From NCBI GenBank assembly GCA_051362555.1, contig CM120644.1, forward strand, positions 10,376,567-10,440,566: a stretch of DNA of 64,000 nt, given 5' to 3'. The position numbers were made by a program, and so were the translations under genes. Every line of letters begins with the position of its first letter. The stretch's first letter is position 1. Under the pieces are notes generated by a model. That model was not told where the DNA came from and made no database searches. It was given only the letters and a program-made list of their open reading frames with translations. Shown here one piece after another: positions 25,564 through 38,519 of this stretch. This stretch comes from Lingula anatina. Lineage: Eukaryota > Animalia > Brachiopoda.

Positions 25564-25753
25564 TATAAAGCTGTTAGGTAGCGGAAATAACATGATGTCG
25601 TACTAAGTATGACACGCCGCTGACTAGTCAAGCCTGCATGTTCAGAAATACCAAAAGATGTTCGTCAGTTTGCTATTATTATGTTCGCTATCTTTGTTCC
25701 ACAAGTACTCTGACCATGCCAAATAGCTATATTTCCACTAATTTATAAACCAG
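25564..25753 (+). promoter_or_regulatory. Candidate TATA promoter and non-coding first exon
   Basis: TATAAAG at 25564-25570; moderate donor CAG|GTATAT after 25753. Confidence 0.3.
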
Positions 25754-26479
25754 GTATATGTGTGATGTTTGGCTAAATGTTTTCTTTCCTTTGGAACCCA
25801 AATAACGGTCACTTTGGGTCAAAATTAAGGAAGGCTTTTGCTGAACTGGTAAGGACCTATATAACTATTAGCAGTATACATGTATACCACACTGCATTAA
25901 CAAGTGCATTTTCTGTAAATCCTACATTCACCTTTGATAAGTTCAGAACATTGCATGTATTATGTAAATCGATAACATGGATTTCCCCTCAGTGATCACA
26001 CTAAAAAAAGAACTGCTATTAAAAATACGTATAGATTGTATAACTGTAAACCATCTTCTACACGCGATTTATCCCGATACACAATTACATAGGAATAAAT
26101 GGAAGGCAAAATTGCAGATACAAATTTGATTCCGTAAAGTATCGGTACGTGCTAAGTAATTTCAAGTTAGTTTTTCACATTAGTTAGCCATATGTATTAA
26201 AAACAATTCTCGATCTGTTAAAAAATGAACTATGTGTGTAAAAATTGTGCCATGTGCAAGAGGGGTATTTTAAGAAACTGAAATGCCATGCCATAATTTG
26301 TTAATCTCACTTTATCGTTACACTGGATTAGGTCACGCGTGCACCTGGCTTATTGACATAGCGGCACATTCCGATAACACAATTTTTTGTAGCACCTGGG
26401 TATTCCTAACGTGTTCGATGCGTGTACCCTTACTTTTACTAAATGCCAAATTTTAATCCAAGATGTATTTGCGTGAATT

Positions 26480-27277
26480 CCTCTCCAAGTCGTCGCGAAG
26501 TCATCGTTCCATTGTACAATGTCATGGAGATGGTACCGCAGTGTCGGTGAAGATACGCCGATGAGAGAATTTGACTAGCTCAAAACCAGAATAAAATCAG
26601 TTTCTTCACGTGACCTTCAAGTGTGGTTCATGTGCTTCCAGATGGCCTTCTGTAGGCATTCTTCACTTGGTAGAAACCTAGATAGCAGTTGCAAGCAAAT
26701 GCGACAATTGCATAATGGGTTAAATTGTTGTCATAAACCCCAGATATCTTTTGTCATTTTTGCAACGAGGCACTGCAGGTTTAATGTCATATTGGAATCA
26801 ACTAGTGACGAGTGAGCAGACTGCACGCGGCTTTCCAAATGACAGCAGTGTTATGAAATTTGCTGGTTAGGTTAAGGCTGATCTGGTCAGGGTGGTCCGT
26901 AATAAGGGCAGCTTAAGCATTTTTCGTGTCGCAAATACAACGCGAAGGTTAAAAATTGTTCGATTTTATCAGGAAGGCAGTACGAAGCAACGCTCTGGCA
27001 ATGCTCAAGTGTAGACATCTTGTGGAGAACCCTAACATAGAGATGGTACCACGATGTCGGTGAAGATAGAATTGTACATGCAGTGCTCTATCAAGCTATC
27101 ACAAAATCTTCGTGTTGCCTTCGTGCCATCATGTGAGCTTCTGAAGGCTCCGTCCTTGCTTATTTTGTTGACTGGTCATTGACCAAGCTCGGAGCGGTCT
27201 TTGGGCGAAGTTCAAAATCCGATATCCATTTGGCCATTTGATTCAATTTCGGGACAATTAATGTGACGGTCAGTACT
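26480..27277. mobile_element. Possible old non-autonomous DNA transposon (Harbinger-like end)
   Basis: Internal ~29-bp direct repeat GAGATGGTACC....TGTCGGTGAAGATA at ~26527 and ~27040, CTTCGTG repeats, and terminus ..TGTGACGGTCAGTA. Confidence 0.35.
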
Positions 27278-30200
27278 AACAAGTAAAGAAAAGAGAGAAA
27301 AACAAAAGCTGGATGCTGGTTTACAGCTTTTTTTTTTATTTCAAACAGTTTAACAATGATGTTTTAATAGAGAAACGTGCGCAACACAAAACTAGTAACA
27401 ACCCTAGGTAAATAGCGGAAATATATAGGGAAATGGATTTGATAAACAAATACTCGATCGTTTAACGCAAATTGAACTTTACGTAAATAAGTTCGCACAA
27501 ACATACAGAGTAGCTAACGAGCATAAATTAAAGAATGAGAAGAAGCAGATGCCATGGGTTTGAAAGGACAAAGTGGATCAACATACCAACGCCCCGGCCA
27601 TTCTGGTGATAAGTAATCTTCTGGGTTAAATTTTTATTCTATTAAAGGCATTAACATTTTTATTCAAATGTATAGCATAATTTGTTCCTAAATCATTTTT
27701 GGGTGGTGTGTTTGTATCAATAAAGTCCCAGAATCAAGAGATATATCATTTCATGACACGATTCGTTAACGTAAAAAATAAACCTTTTCCACTGCCCACG
27801 GAATCGGATACAGGCTTTCAAAGCAGACCCATCTGTTTAATTTGATTAAACGCACGATAGCGAACTCAGACGCAGTAACGTCTTATTTTCGGACAGAAAC
27901 AAATTAATCTGGACTTATTTTTACCGGTCAACTTAGAGTAGCTGCGTGGGCTAAGTACCAAGTAGACGTTATGCAGCAGAGCACGGAGATTATGGTTTAG
28001 CAGCTTACAGGTGAACCAATGTATAACGTTACAGCAGAATGGCAAAGTGAAAGTGCGTGATTGCGGAGATATTGGGATTTAAATTGACCAACGTCCCTGA
28101 AGTTCTGAGTAGAACTGTTAAAGGCTTTATACAGAGTTATGGACAATGATTAATGCTCTGCGTTGGGCTTGCTTGCTTGGTTACTTTAAGTTAGATTGTA
28201 AAGTGTGGCAGACTTTGAGTACACTATAGTTGCTGGGACTATTTTTTTAAAAGCTGTGCTGTGTTCAGCCAAGTGTTACGTTGGAGGATTATCATTTGCT
28301 GGAGTACAAATTCACACCTTCTTTGGAGACCCACGCCACCCAGGTAAAAGTTAATGCCTTCTGTTTAATGTTTATTTGTTTGTTTTGTACAGGTGTATAG
28401 GTTTTCTCTTAATTAATGCAAGGTTTTTCTAGACCGTTCATAAAAAAATGACTCATAACTTAGATGAACATATGATGTTATGTTATGAGCATTTGGTGTT
28501 CTGTATACTTCCAAATTAAATCACTGCTTTATATTTTCTACGCATCTCGTCTCTAAGAAGCATTTGAATTTTATAAAGATTTACAAATGACGTTGTCATC
28601 TTCGAGAAAACATGAATGGTGATCGGCTGCAGTTAATTGTTACAGTGTCTGAAGCCACATCGCGACAGAATTTGCTACACGTACGCCTTGGGTCAACGAG
28701 AAATAGTGTAAATATCGTTGTATTATAATGTAGCGTATTGACACCAGAGATATAACTCCGTGCGCTACATGTACATGCCCACACGTGCGTTATATACCTG
28801 CACGTGTGCCCCACGCGTTTTGGTTCGTGTTGCAAATGTTGCACGTGCCTGGTATACACAAGTATGTTGTTTTGCCGACTCCAAGAATGTGTTATATACT
28901 GTGGATATGTTCCTTTGTTACCACTACAGACAAGCAAGAGTTGAGCTATACCGATAGACCCTGGACCAAAGACTGTGATTTTTGACAGTTTACCTCACAC
29001 GCTATCAGAATCTACTTGTTTGCCATTAAACTAGTGGTGGGTGTGAGTGTCAGAGCCGTTTTAATGGTTATGCACGGGTTAAAATGAAATTTCTGAGACC
29101 CTATTAAATGCAATATAAATGAAATTCAAATTCGTTTTAATATGAGTAGTTTAGGAACAGAGTAAATGAAAATTCATATTATAACAATTATAAGTGAGAC
29201 AATGTAAAAGAAGTGCACTTCTTTTGTGCCAATTTAAATATTGTGTTGTTTGTCGTTGCCCTTTTTTTCCTGAAAATTGCTTTCTACTCGCGGCTGAGTG
29301 TGAAGATGGATGAAAAATGACGATATGAAAGAAATATGTGTAAACAGTTCGGAATGCATGTACACTGGATGCTGAAACCGGTTTGTGTTGGTTTCAACTT
29401 TTAGTGCTGACAGTCTACGGCCTAGGGCCGTAAATGATGTTTATACCAAGGTTGTGTCATTGTGAGCCTGCTTCAATGCCAAAAAATCTTTCTGCCAATT
29501 TCCCCAACAGTATCTACTGTAGACTACTGAGGCTTGAAAGAAGCATTGTACTTGTACCCAGATACATGCTAATGTTGGCCACTTACCCCTAGATTTTAAT
29601 TCCTGTTTCATCATATAGTATGTTTGTGAAGAATATATCCATGAAAACTTTGCGATGTCTCTTCAAAGACGCGTATAAAGGCATTTTAGCCCAGTGCTAT
29701 TTAAAATGAGGTTAAACGCTGCTGTTACTACTAATAATGATAAAAATAACAACAACAACAACAAAAACAACAAAAATAAGAATAAAAGTAATACTTTTAT
29801 GTATGTGTAGTCATACCATTTTGTGAAATGTATTTATCTGCAAATATCACAAAGATTCAACGGTTTCATATCCAACTTTACGCTGAAGAGATTAGAAAAC
29901 CAGCCGTGAGACCTACCAGGTAAAACCCGACCTTCTAACGAACGAATTTCAGGTAACACAAGTGTTTCACCGGTGTTAAAATGTCTAGATAGATTTACTT
30001 AATAAACTGCAGCAATCCACTGGCGCAGACGTTGTTATGGGGCAGGCTGTCCACCTTTACTTGTAGTAGGGAATACCGAATAACCCGGACGAGAGAGGGA
30101 CATCTTTTTACCATACGCTCCCTCCCCTCCAGGTGTTTTTGTTATTTTCTCTATAATCATTTTGGTAAATTTGTTGCAATGCTTAGCATATTTCTGTGGG

Positions 30201-31136
30201 CTTCAAATACATTTTTCTGTCTGTTTTGGGTAATGGAATGAGTTGAATTTGCCATTAATTTTGGTATACAGTGTATGAAACTGTTTGGTAAAGGACGTAG
30301 AGCAAATGCTGTTAGCTTGTGTCTAGTTCTAGGAGCAGTAAAGGACACATAACCTAAACAATGTGACACCGGCGACAGGCAGTAATGTAGATCCACGGAT
30401 GTGAGTGTTTTCGCGTGATAGCCATAATCAGGATTTCACAAACTGCGTAACTTCACGCCTAAAGTTTAATTGATAATGCACCGACAAGATATTGGCGGTC
30501 CCTCAGATATGCTAGAAGTTGTGTTCTTTTTTCAATCTTTCCAGTATGCTAAGTTATGTTTTGTATAAAGGGAACCGATGTTTATGGACTTCAAAGGATA
30601 TGTACTGCTAACATCAGCTTTTGCTTTGATCAGCTGCGAGAATTCAGACTTTCTTTGAAATATTATAATTATATGAATATTATAATACAGGAAAATGTGC
30701 ATTTTATACTGTTTCTGCTTTACCCGGCTTTTAATATTACTCATTCGCAGACGCAAATAGCTTTCTCGATACTTGATGACTTTTTTCTCTGGTAAGGAAA
30801 AAACCTGCACATCGCTCTTCTGTCTAGAAACGAATTTCACGAATTAAATTAACACACTCTCCAAGAACGCCTGCCAGCCAAGAGAAGAGCCGTAAACACC
30901 AGATTTCGTTTGTTTGTTTGTTTCACAAACAGTTAACAAATTGAAATAGTGTAAAACCCAGAGTTATTATGTTATTATGTGTATGTTTAGCATACGAATA
31001 AATATGTCATGAATGTAAACTGCCATTTTGGTCTCCAAACTAGATATTACTTTTACTAACAATTTATTTTACGGCATTTCATCCATAAGGAGTGCTTCAT
31101 ACTAAGACCTACTTTACCGGGTTCTGACTCTCACAG

Positions 31137-31345
31137 GTGCCAATGGGATGCAGGAACACGACACAAGTATTTGGATAAGATTGCAGAATCGGTTAAGATC
31201 CTGCCAATGACGCGGCAGTTCGGTTCTGTCGCTGGAAATAGCTTGTTTGTTGCGTTAAGTGCACGGGGCCTTTGGAGGAAAAAGCAACACGGTTTTGAAA
31301 TGATGCAGAACTTATGTATTTGAAGCCTACGTAATAGGAGCAAAG
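31137..31345 (+). other. Candidate internal non-coding (5' UTR or lncRNA) exon
   Basis: Acceptor tctcacag| and strong donor AAG|GTAAGC; GC-richer than its flanks; no recognisable protein. Confidence 0.5.
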
Positions 31346-31910
31346 GTAAGCGTGTGTCGTTTTCTGGGTTTACATTTTCAATACTTTTATTTTTCGAGTA
31401 TTAGGTTTTTATGTACTTAATATTTATATACAAATTGAAGTATTGCACTTCTAAAACATATCTACATAAATTTATGTTTCACAGTTTGGCATATTACTTT
31501 GTTGCTTGGCATCTAATAAGTTCAAGTACAAATAGATAAAGTGACCTGTTTAAAAAACGGCAAAGAGCTAATGTATTCTTTGGAAGTTAACATTAACCCA
31601 GTCCTAAGATAAACTACCTGGAAATCTCTACCTAATACATAATGTTCGCATATAATGACTGTTCCAATATTTCACTATCCTGTATATTTGTAAGAAAAAT
31701 GTGTATTTCTATGATGGTGATATGAGCCTGCTACAAGGACTGATGCTTCCTTAACATCAGTATGTGGACAACGTTCAAGGACAGTGACAGGTATATAAAA
31801 TCTAGTCGTGCAGCACATATACATATACACATACATATACACATACATATACACATATACACATATAAGATTAAAGACGAAAGAGTACGTTCATTGACCC
31901 GTTATAAATA

Positions 31911-32045
31911 ATAACGTCGGATCTAATCCAGAAGGTCCTAAAACATGATATAAATAACGTCGGATTTTATCCTGAAGGTCTTTAAATATGATAAAAATAA
32001 TGATGTCGGGTTGAATCAGGGAAGTTCTATAACATGGTATAAGTA
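31911..32045 (+). repeat. Minisatellite, three copies of a ~43-bp unit
   Basis: ATAACGTCGGATCTAATCCAGAAGGTCCTAAAACATGATATAA plus two diverged copies. Confidence 0.85.
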
Positions 32046-33447
32046 ACCCTGTCTGTATGGATAAGCTTGAAAAGGTTGGATGGCCTTTTATTCCACTATA
32101 ACAGGCACTCTAGAAATACTTAGCGTATGCTGGGAGAAACGTGGTGTCTCTAACACACACGTGTCAATATTGATAATAACAGTATGATATATAGATAGAT
32201 TCATAAAGGAAGAAAGTTGTCGAAAATTATATGTTTGATACATGTAGGTGAATTGTACATGCACAGACGGCAGCAACGTGTGAGGACTTTTATTTTCAAA
32301 TAGCATGCAATACGTGTGCGTTTTTAGCACACTTTGGCATTTGAGGTCTATCAAAACTACGTTTGTATTTCGTGAAAAGGGAGAGGCGAGTCTGGTAAAG
32401 TTGATTTGAGGCATTAATTAAAATGTTTAAATCAAGTAGTTTGAAAATCGACATCGAATACGGTATCGCAAAATGTGATAAATGATGAATCCTCACAACA
32501 CACTGTGTATACACCTATTTATATTTTGTGAGCTGTGCACAACAGAATATAGCGTAGGCATAAAATAATTATAATAACAACGGTATAAATGTTAGAGAGC
32601 GTGAATGTATGTGGGCGCGCGCGTGTTTTTCCATAGCTAAATGCAAAACATGCAACAGTTTCGTCTTGTTATATGTGCCGATGCTATTATGGAAGATCTT
32701 TGTTTATACGCCTTATTATTGAGGCTATGTAACAACTTTTAACGTTAACTTTAAAGTAACCTTGGGAATATAAGTGGTGGCATTTAACTCATCCGATAAA
32801 TACCGTCAACACTAATTTGTGCTCATTCCACGTCGCAGTCTGGACATAACTGTATATTACATCAAGTCGTAGCAGTCTATTTCAATATTTAAAGAGTATA
32901 TTACAAAATAACATGATGGTAGAAAAAAAAACTGATTTTGAAAGGAAACTGTGTTGATCATATGTAAGGTACTTCACAGGTGAAAAGTACACGAATGCAA
33001 TTATGTGTCCGACTTGAAATAAACAGTCTGTTTGAACAGATGTATGGACTTGGGTTACAACTCCAACAAAATGGGCAATTGTGCCGCTTCTGAAGGGCTA
33101 GCCTCACGCCACGCTTACCTTTAGATGGACTTTTCGGCAAATGTACCTTGACAGTTGACCGTTGGAGTGGAATGGGCATGTCTTGAGGGGTGTGTTTATT
33201 GCGTTTGTTAACAGCGCCACGCCGCGGCAGCTGGCTACTCCTGCTGACTAATGAATTAGATGTCAAGGCAAACATCGCATTCCCGCTGTTCTTGACTCGA
33301 TTTGCTCGATGGAAGATATCCAATGTGTAATTAAACTGATGCTCATCTTTCATGGGATAGGTGTTCTTTACCCACGATTTCCGCCGTTTGTAAGTGTATA
33401 TGTTTCATTTTAGATGTGTAGGTATTGTTATCCTACATCCGTCTAGT

Positions 33448-33481
<34 letters not shown>

Positions 33482-34094
33482 GCACACACACACACGTATA
33501 CGCAAACAGGTGCCCCTGGCCAAAGACGACATCAATCTCCTGTCACCGAAAAATTTAAGGTTTACTGTTTCTGACAAGACATAAGTAACAACACCTCTGT
33601 CGCAATGATATGTGGACTTCAAGCACAATTTTACTTGCTACCAGTCTGAGTCACTGTCACCTGAAACAAATGTAGTGCTAGTATGAAAGTTATCCCCATT
33701 TGCGTTATATCAGTTACTTTCTTTAGAATAAAAAGAGTTCAATACCAGGTAACTTTATAGATAAAGTATGAACAGAGCAGACATATTAGACAAGTACAAC
33801 TACACTGTTGTGGCGTTCAGCAAGTTCCGAGTCTATGATAGACTTGGGGGGGGGGGATGTAAAGCACGTGGACGGACCGCCACGTGGCCGGATTTTATCA
33901 ATATTTTAAGTTTTGATCGTTAGGCCATGTTATGGTTTGTTCACAAAGGATTAACATAATTGACTATTATTATTCTGAGTTGATTTTATGAAGAGGTTAT
34001 CTTTTAAAAAAATGCTCGATTTCATTTGTTAGGACTCAGATACCCGAGTACATGAATATCTCCACTCCTCGTCATGGGCGATGATTTTGGAGAT

Positions 34095-34242
34095 ACACGT
34101 TACGCCCCTTTGTACAGAAAAACAGCTCAAGGCATCCTTCCTTTCTGTTCATGACGTCTTTAAAGCATGTTGTATAGTATCGCCCGACTACCTCAGAAAA
34201 GGACAGTACTAAATCAAGGACAAGCCCAGAGGCGTAACGTGT
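34095..34242. mobile_element. 148-bp MITE-like element with 15-bp terminal inverted repeats
   Basis: ACACGTTACGCCCCT versus AGAGGCGTAACGTGT (14 of 15 complementary); target-site duplication unclear. Confidence 0.6.
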
Positions 34243-34261
34243 TAAACATTGGGGAAAACGG

Positions 34262-34366
34262 TATAAAATATATTAATAAAATTTATTTATACCTCCACTA
34301 GTGTCATGGAAAGTGGAACGCTTGGTGCGTGTAAGTACTAGTAACAGTACCAACCATATCGTACAG
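34262..34366 (+). promoter_or_regulatory. Candidate TATA promoter and short first exon
   Basis: TATAAAA at 34262 and consensus donor CAG|GTGAGT after 34366. Confidence 0.35.
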
Positions 34367-36477
34367 GTGAGTAAGTAAGGGCCGTGGTACGTAAATGTGT
34401 TAAAAAATGAAAATAGTATCGTATTTGATTACGAGATCGAATTTGCGTTTAACCAAATATGCCAATTAAGAGGTTACCGTTAGGTTTGCTGTGTGTGTGA
34501 GGCAACGCCGTAGAGACTTCGGGGCCAGTGTGATTGGGAGTGAGAGATCGGTGTGATTGAAAGTCCGAGATCCTCAGTTGCCAGACACCCTCTTGTTTTT
34601 GGAAATTAACGGCCGCATTGAATAACAGCCCCCTCCCCAGCCCGATAGATTATGAAAGGTAGAATCTCCGGAATTGATATTATACCCGGACTCCAGGTTT
34701 CCTTACAGCTTTGGCGGGACTCCTTTCGGGCTGCATTTCAATATTTACATCATACACTTACATGTACATCTGTACACGTATATTCTTACTGACATTTACA
34801 CTTCAAGAATGCCTTAACATATCGCATTCAACCAAACTATTCAAATGTTTGTCCCGCAGCTAATGGTGTATTTTCTTTTCTTTTCCGGATCGAACATGCT
34901 CACTCATCAGTCCTCGGACATTACTGGTAGAACAAATGGGTTCATGTATTATCGCTTGTTTGTTTGTCTTTGTCCTCTGGACAAAAAAAAGAGAGTGAGT
35001 AGATCCTTAAAAGGAGAGGTGTGTCCCCTACCCTGCTTTCTTTCGTCTGAGCAGTATGTGTATATGAGTGTATCATTTACACTAGCTAAAAGACAAGGAC
35101 AGCGCTGCAGTTGTTAAGCACCTTGCGTCAGCGTGCGTATAAAATGTGGGGGTTAAAAGCTCTGCTGAAAACTCTGACATATCTTATATATATCCATGAG
35201 AGTAGCACTTGTGTCTATGCTGTCAAAGGCGCGGGGTAATTAGATGTTAGTAAAGCGTTTGTATTTATTCGTTCCCCCCAAAAAAAAGAAAAAAAAGTCA
35301 ACACAAATCAGTCTGAGGGTATTGTCTTCACAATTGGTGACAAGCGCAGCTGTATTCATTGTACATAGAATCTAAAAAAAAAAAAGAGAGAAACGTGATT
35401 CTGTGAAGGTACCGTTTCCGAGCAAAATATATGCTTCTCGTGCCTTTTTTCAACTTTCTCTTTTTTCCCATACCATCCCTTAGAAGGTACGGTGGTTTTT
35501 TTAGCTAAGAAGAAGGTACATAGTCAAGACTTATAGTGTCGTTTGAACGAATGTTTTCAAAGAGAATTTCATTGGTGTTCACAGTAGATTAGATTTCATT
35601 GAAGGTGAGAAACAATTTGTGTTGGCACTTTATAAGAGAGAATTGCACCATGAAAAACGTCGCTTTTGGGGCAGTCTTTGCAGCCCCCGAGAATGTGTTG
35701 GAGGTATATTCTTACAAAAGCCACTTATCACATTTGCAGATCAAAGGTAGTTTCGCGTGGATAAATTCCTCTCAGTGGTCTATCTGTAAAGCAAGCATAA
35801 TGGCAGGTTTCGCTGAAAGCATTAGAGGATCTTTCTTCCACGCTTTAATTTGTACATTGCAGCCTCGGTATTTTCTTCTAAACACTGAAGAAAAACGTTT
35901 GCTGTGTAGCTCTTAAGTAAAAACGTGATTCTAATCGAATTGCAGATGTTTTCTTAAAGAAATTGGTGTTCTTTCGTCTAAGACGTTTCACACGCTCGGT
36001 CATTGACCAACGTTAGCAGAACGTTTTCAGTGAGTTGAACAAGGCAAAGTATACAAAAACTCCCTCTAAACGATAAAGAGAAATTTTATCAGATATATCC
36101 ATATAACGTACACTAATTCTCTGTTCCTAAATAGTTCCTAATACAGTAGTCATAAATAAATGAATTAAATTATAAACTATATACAAGTAGTAGAAAACCA
36201 ATAAAAGTTGATCTAAATAGATGCGTTTTCAATCTTATTTATTTGTTAAACCAGATCAACACGGTGATTGTGATGAGTCTAACAGTGGTCTTACTAAAAT
36301 CTCAATGTTTAAATCTTCATCAGTTTCATATTATTTCTATCTGAATTAACATATCATAACGAGCCAACAAGGGATGTTTGTTCGATATATCCAAATCACC
36401 CTAATAGCTCTCACGGGGAGCGACCTACCTTGTTGGTGGAGAGATTAAATCAACGCAGCCACGTTAAACCAATAATA

Positions 36478-36491
36478 CCGCCAGATGGCAG
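36478..36491 (+). promoter_or_regulatory. CTCF-like core motif
   Basis: CCGCCAGATGGCAG. Confidence 0.5.
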
Positions 36492-36499
36492 TACGGACT

Positions 36500-36636
36500 G
36501 GGAGGAGTGATTGTCTCTCGGGGAGTTCCTCAAACAGCTTTCGGTTGTTTTTACGTTCAGATTTGCATTGGTAATAACCATAGAAAGCGGTGAACTAGCT
36601 TCCAGCGGTTTGACCCGTGTGTTTGAAATGAGTAAG
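36500..36636 (+). other. Candidate first exon ending ATG AGT AAG|gtaagc
   Basis: CCAAT and a CTCF-like motif lie upstream; strong donor after 36636; start uncertain. Confidence 0.35.
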
Positions 36637-37458
36637 GTAAGCGGTTTTTTAAATAATCATTTTAGTATTATTACAAGGCTGTACTTTTATGTCACCACGT
36701 GTGTTAGATGTTACTTGGAACAATGAATCACGCAGAGGGTAATTGTTCACGAACACGCATGTTCAAACGTTCCAGAGCTGATTCTGTAAATACCCACCCT
36801 TTATAAGCTGATGGTACTCTGTAAGTTAATGACACATTCGTTGCCCTCTTTATTTACAGGTAGATAATTCTGATTCCTCAGTTCGATAGACAGTGACAGT
36901 TGTATTTATTTCTCATTGCTTTCCCTTGTCTTTTGTCTAATGATGCAAATTTGCCTTATAGGATTTGTGTGTTTTAGAATGGAAAGTGGTAATGGTGCAG
37001 GTGGCAACTGAGCTGGCTTCATCGAATCAAATTACTCTTTGGGAACGATGATTGGTATTATGTCATCATTGGAGTAAAACTGTTCTACGTCGTTTCCATC
37101 TGTTGTTTTATTTATCTCCCTGGCGCCGATTTTAATACTTACTTAAATGTTTCAAATCACAAAGTTATGGTTTTTGTGAAGAATGGAGGATATGAATGCT
37201 TTGCTAGAGTTATTTTCAATTATGACATACAGACTTTATGAGACACGCACAAATAACCTAGTTAACTTACCAGAGGGAGTCTGCACGGTACTTGTTCACT
37301 TGGTTTTAATGGAATTTTGACTACCCGTTGCATAAATGGCTAAATAGCAGTAATAACAAAGTTAAGGTTATCAAGAGTTTTGTTTACTGAACAGAACATA
37401 ATTGTACATAATTGTACGGAGAAAAAAAAAACTGTCTCCTTGAAACACTGCGGATATA

Positions 37459-37627
37459 CAGGCCCGAAGCCGGGGGGGGGGGGGGAGGGTTCGAAAGAAC
37501 CGGATTTTTTGTCAGGAAAAGGTCCATTCTGGGTAAAATCTGAGCTAGGTACACAAAGTTTTCACTGTAAAAGGTCCACTTTTTTTGGAAAAGAACCCCC
37601 CTTTTGAAATTACTGGCTACGGGCCTG
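37459..37627. mobile_element. hAT-like MITE
   Basis: TIRs CAGGCCCGAAGCCGG and CTGGCTACGGGCCTG, G-run after the left TIR and internal AAAAGGTCCA repeats. No clean 8-bp TSD. Confidence 0.7.
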
Positions 37628-38487
37628 ATATAATTAGAGTTGCTCCGCTACCTACAATGTACTTCTAGAATAGCAAATAACAAAAATACTGCATTTCTTT
37701 CTTTTTAATCGCCTTTATATAACTAGTTGTACAAAAAGACAGGTAGCGAATTTCTCTAGGATTTTGTGAGAATCAATTTCGTTCTGTACAGTGAAGTGGG
37801 GATTTAATGGTACATAACGTTTGAATATGTAACCGATCCTCTAAAGGATAGTGCGTCAATGGACCAATAACCGTACCAAAAGGACACTCATCCTGTCCTT
37901 AACTAAGCGTGTGTCCTGAAAGCGATGACACGAAGTACTTCCATTCAATTAAGGCGTCTAAATGGACACCCGAGCGATAATTGTAAATTAGTATCATGAT
38001 CATTTAATGGGAGACCCAGTCCTCAGTGACCGATTGTCCGCGTTTTTAGTGCAATTTAGCCGCTTCGTTAATCCCATCGACACCCTACGTCTGCACTCGA
38101 TCCGCTGTTGTTTCTATACAGTTTAATTATTGATACTCAGCTGATTGCGTTTTGCAGTTTTCACGATGGGGCGGATTGTTTTCAATTAATATATAGCCTA
38201 AGTGACCCATCTCATGGTTGTTGAAATCGTATTTAATTTTCTCCAAATCCCTATCGTAAACGGCCTTAATTATGGGTATAGTAAAGTAGTTTTAATATCC
38301 TCATATATTATTCAGTGGCACCGGGGACGTGTTTAATTGGGTGTGTGGGTGGTTCCTTTTTAGGAAAGTGTTATTCACAGGGTTCTTCGTTGCATATGAG
38401 CGCATTCTGAACATATGATCCGCGGACTAACTACCAACTAAATGTGGCAGACTGAACTTAAAAGCAGCGCCGCTTAATCCCATTTAC

Positions 38488-38519
<32 letters not shown>

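Noticed and set aside
26520-26540. TGTCATGGAG, the start of miR-281
   Set aside because: The 3' half diverges and the sequence is part of a local TE-like direct repeat.
34870-34925. Minus-strand CTGATGA..GAAA resembling a hammerhead ribozyme core
   Set aside because: Stem II does not close (G rather than C precedes GAAA) and no stem III or cleavage triplet pairs up.
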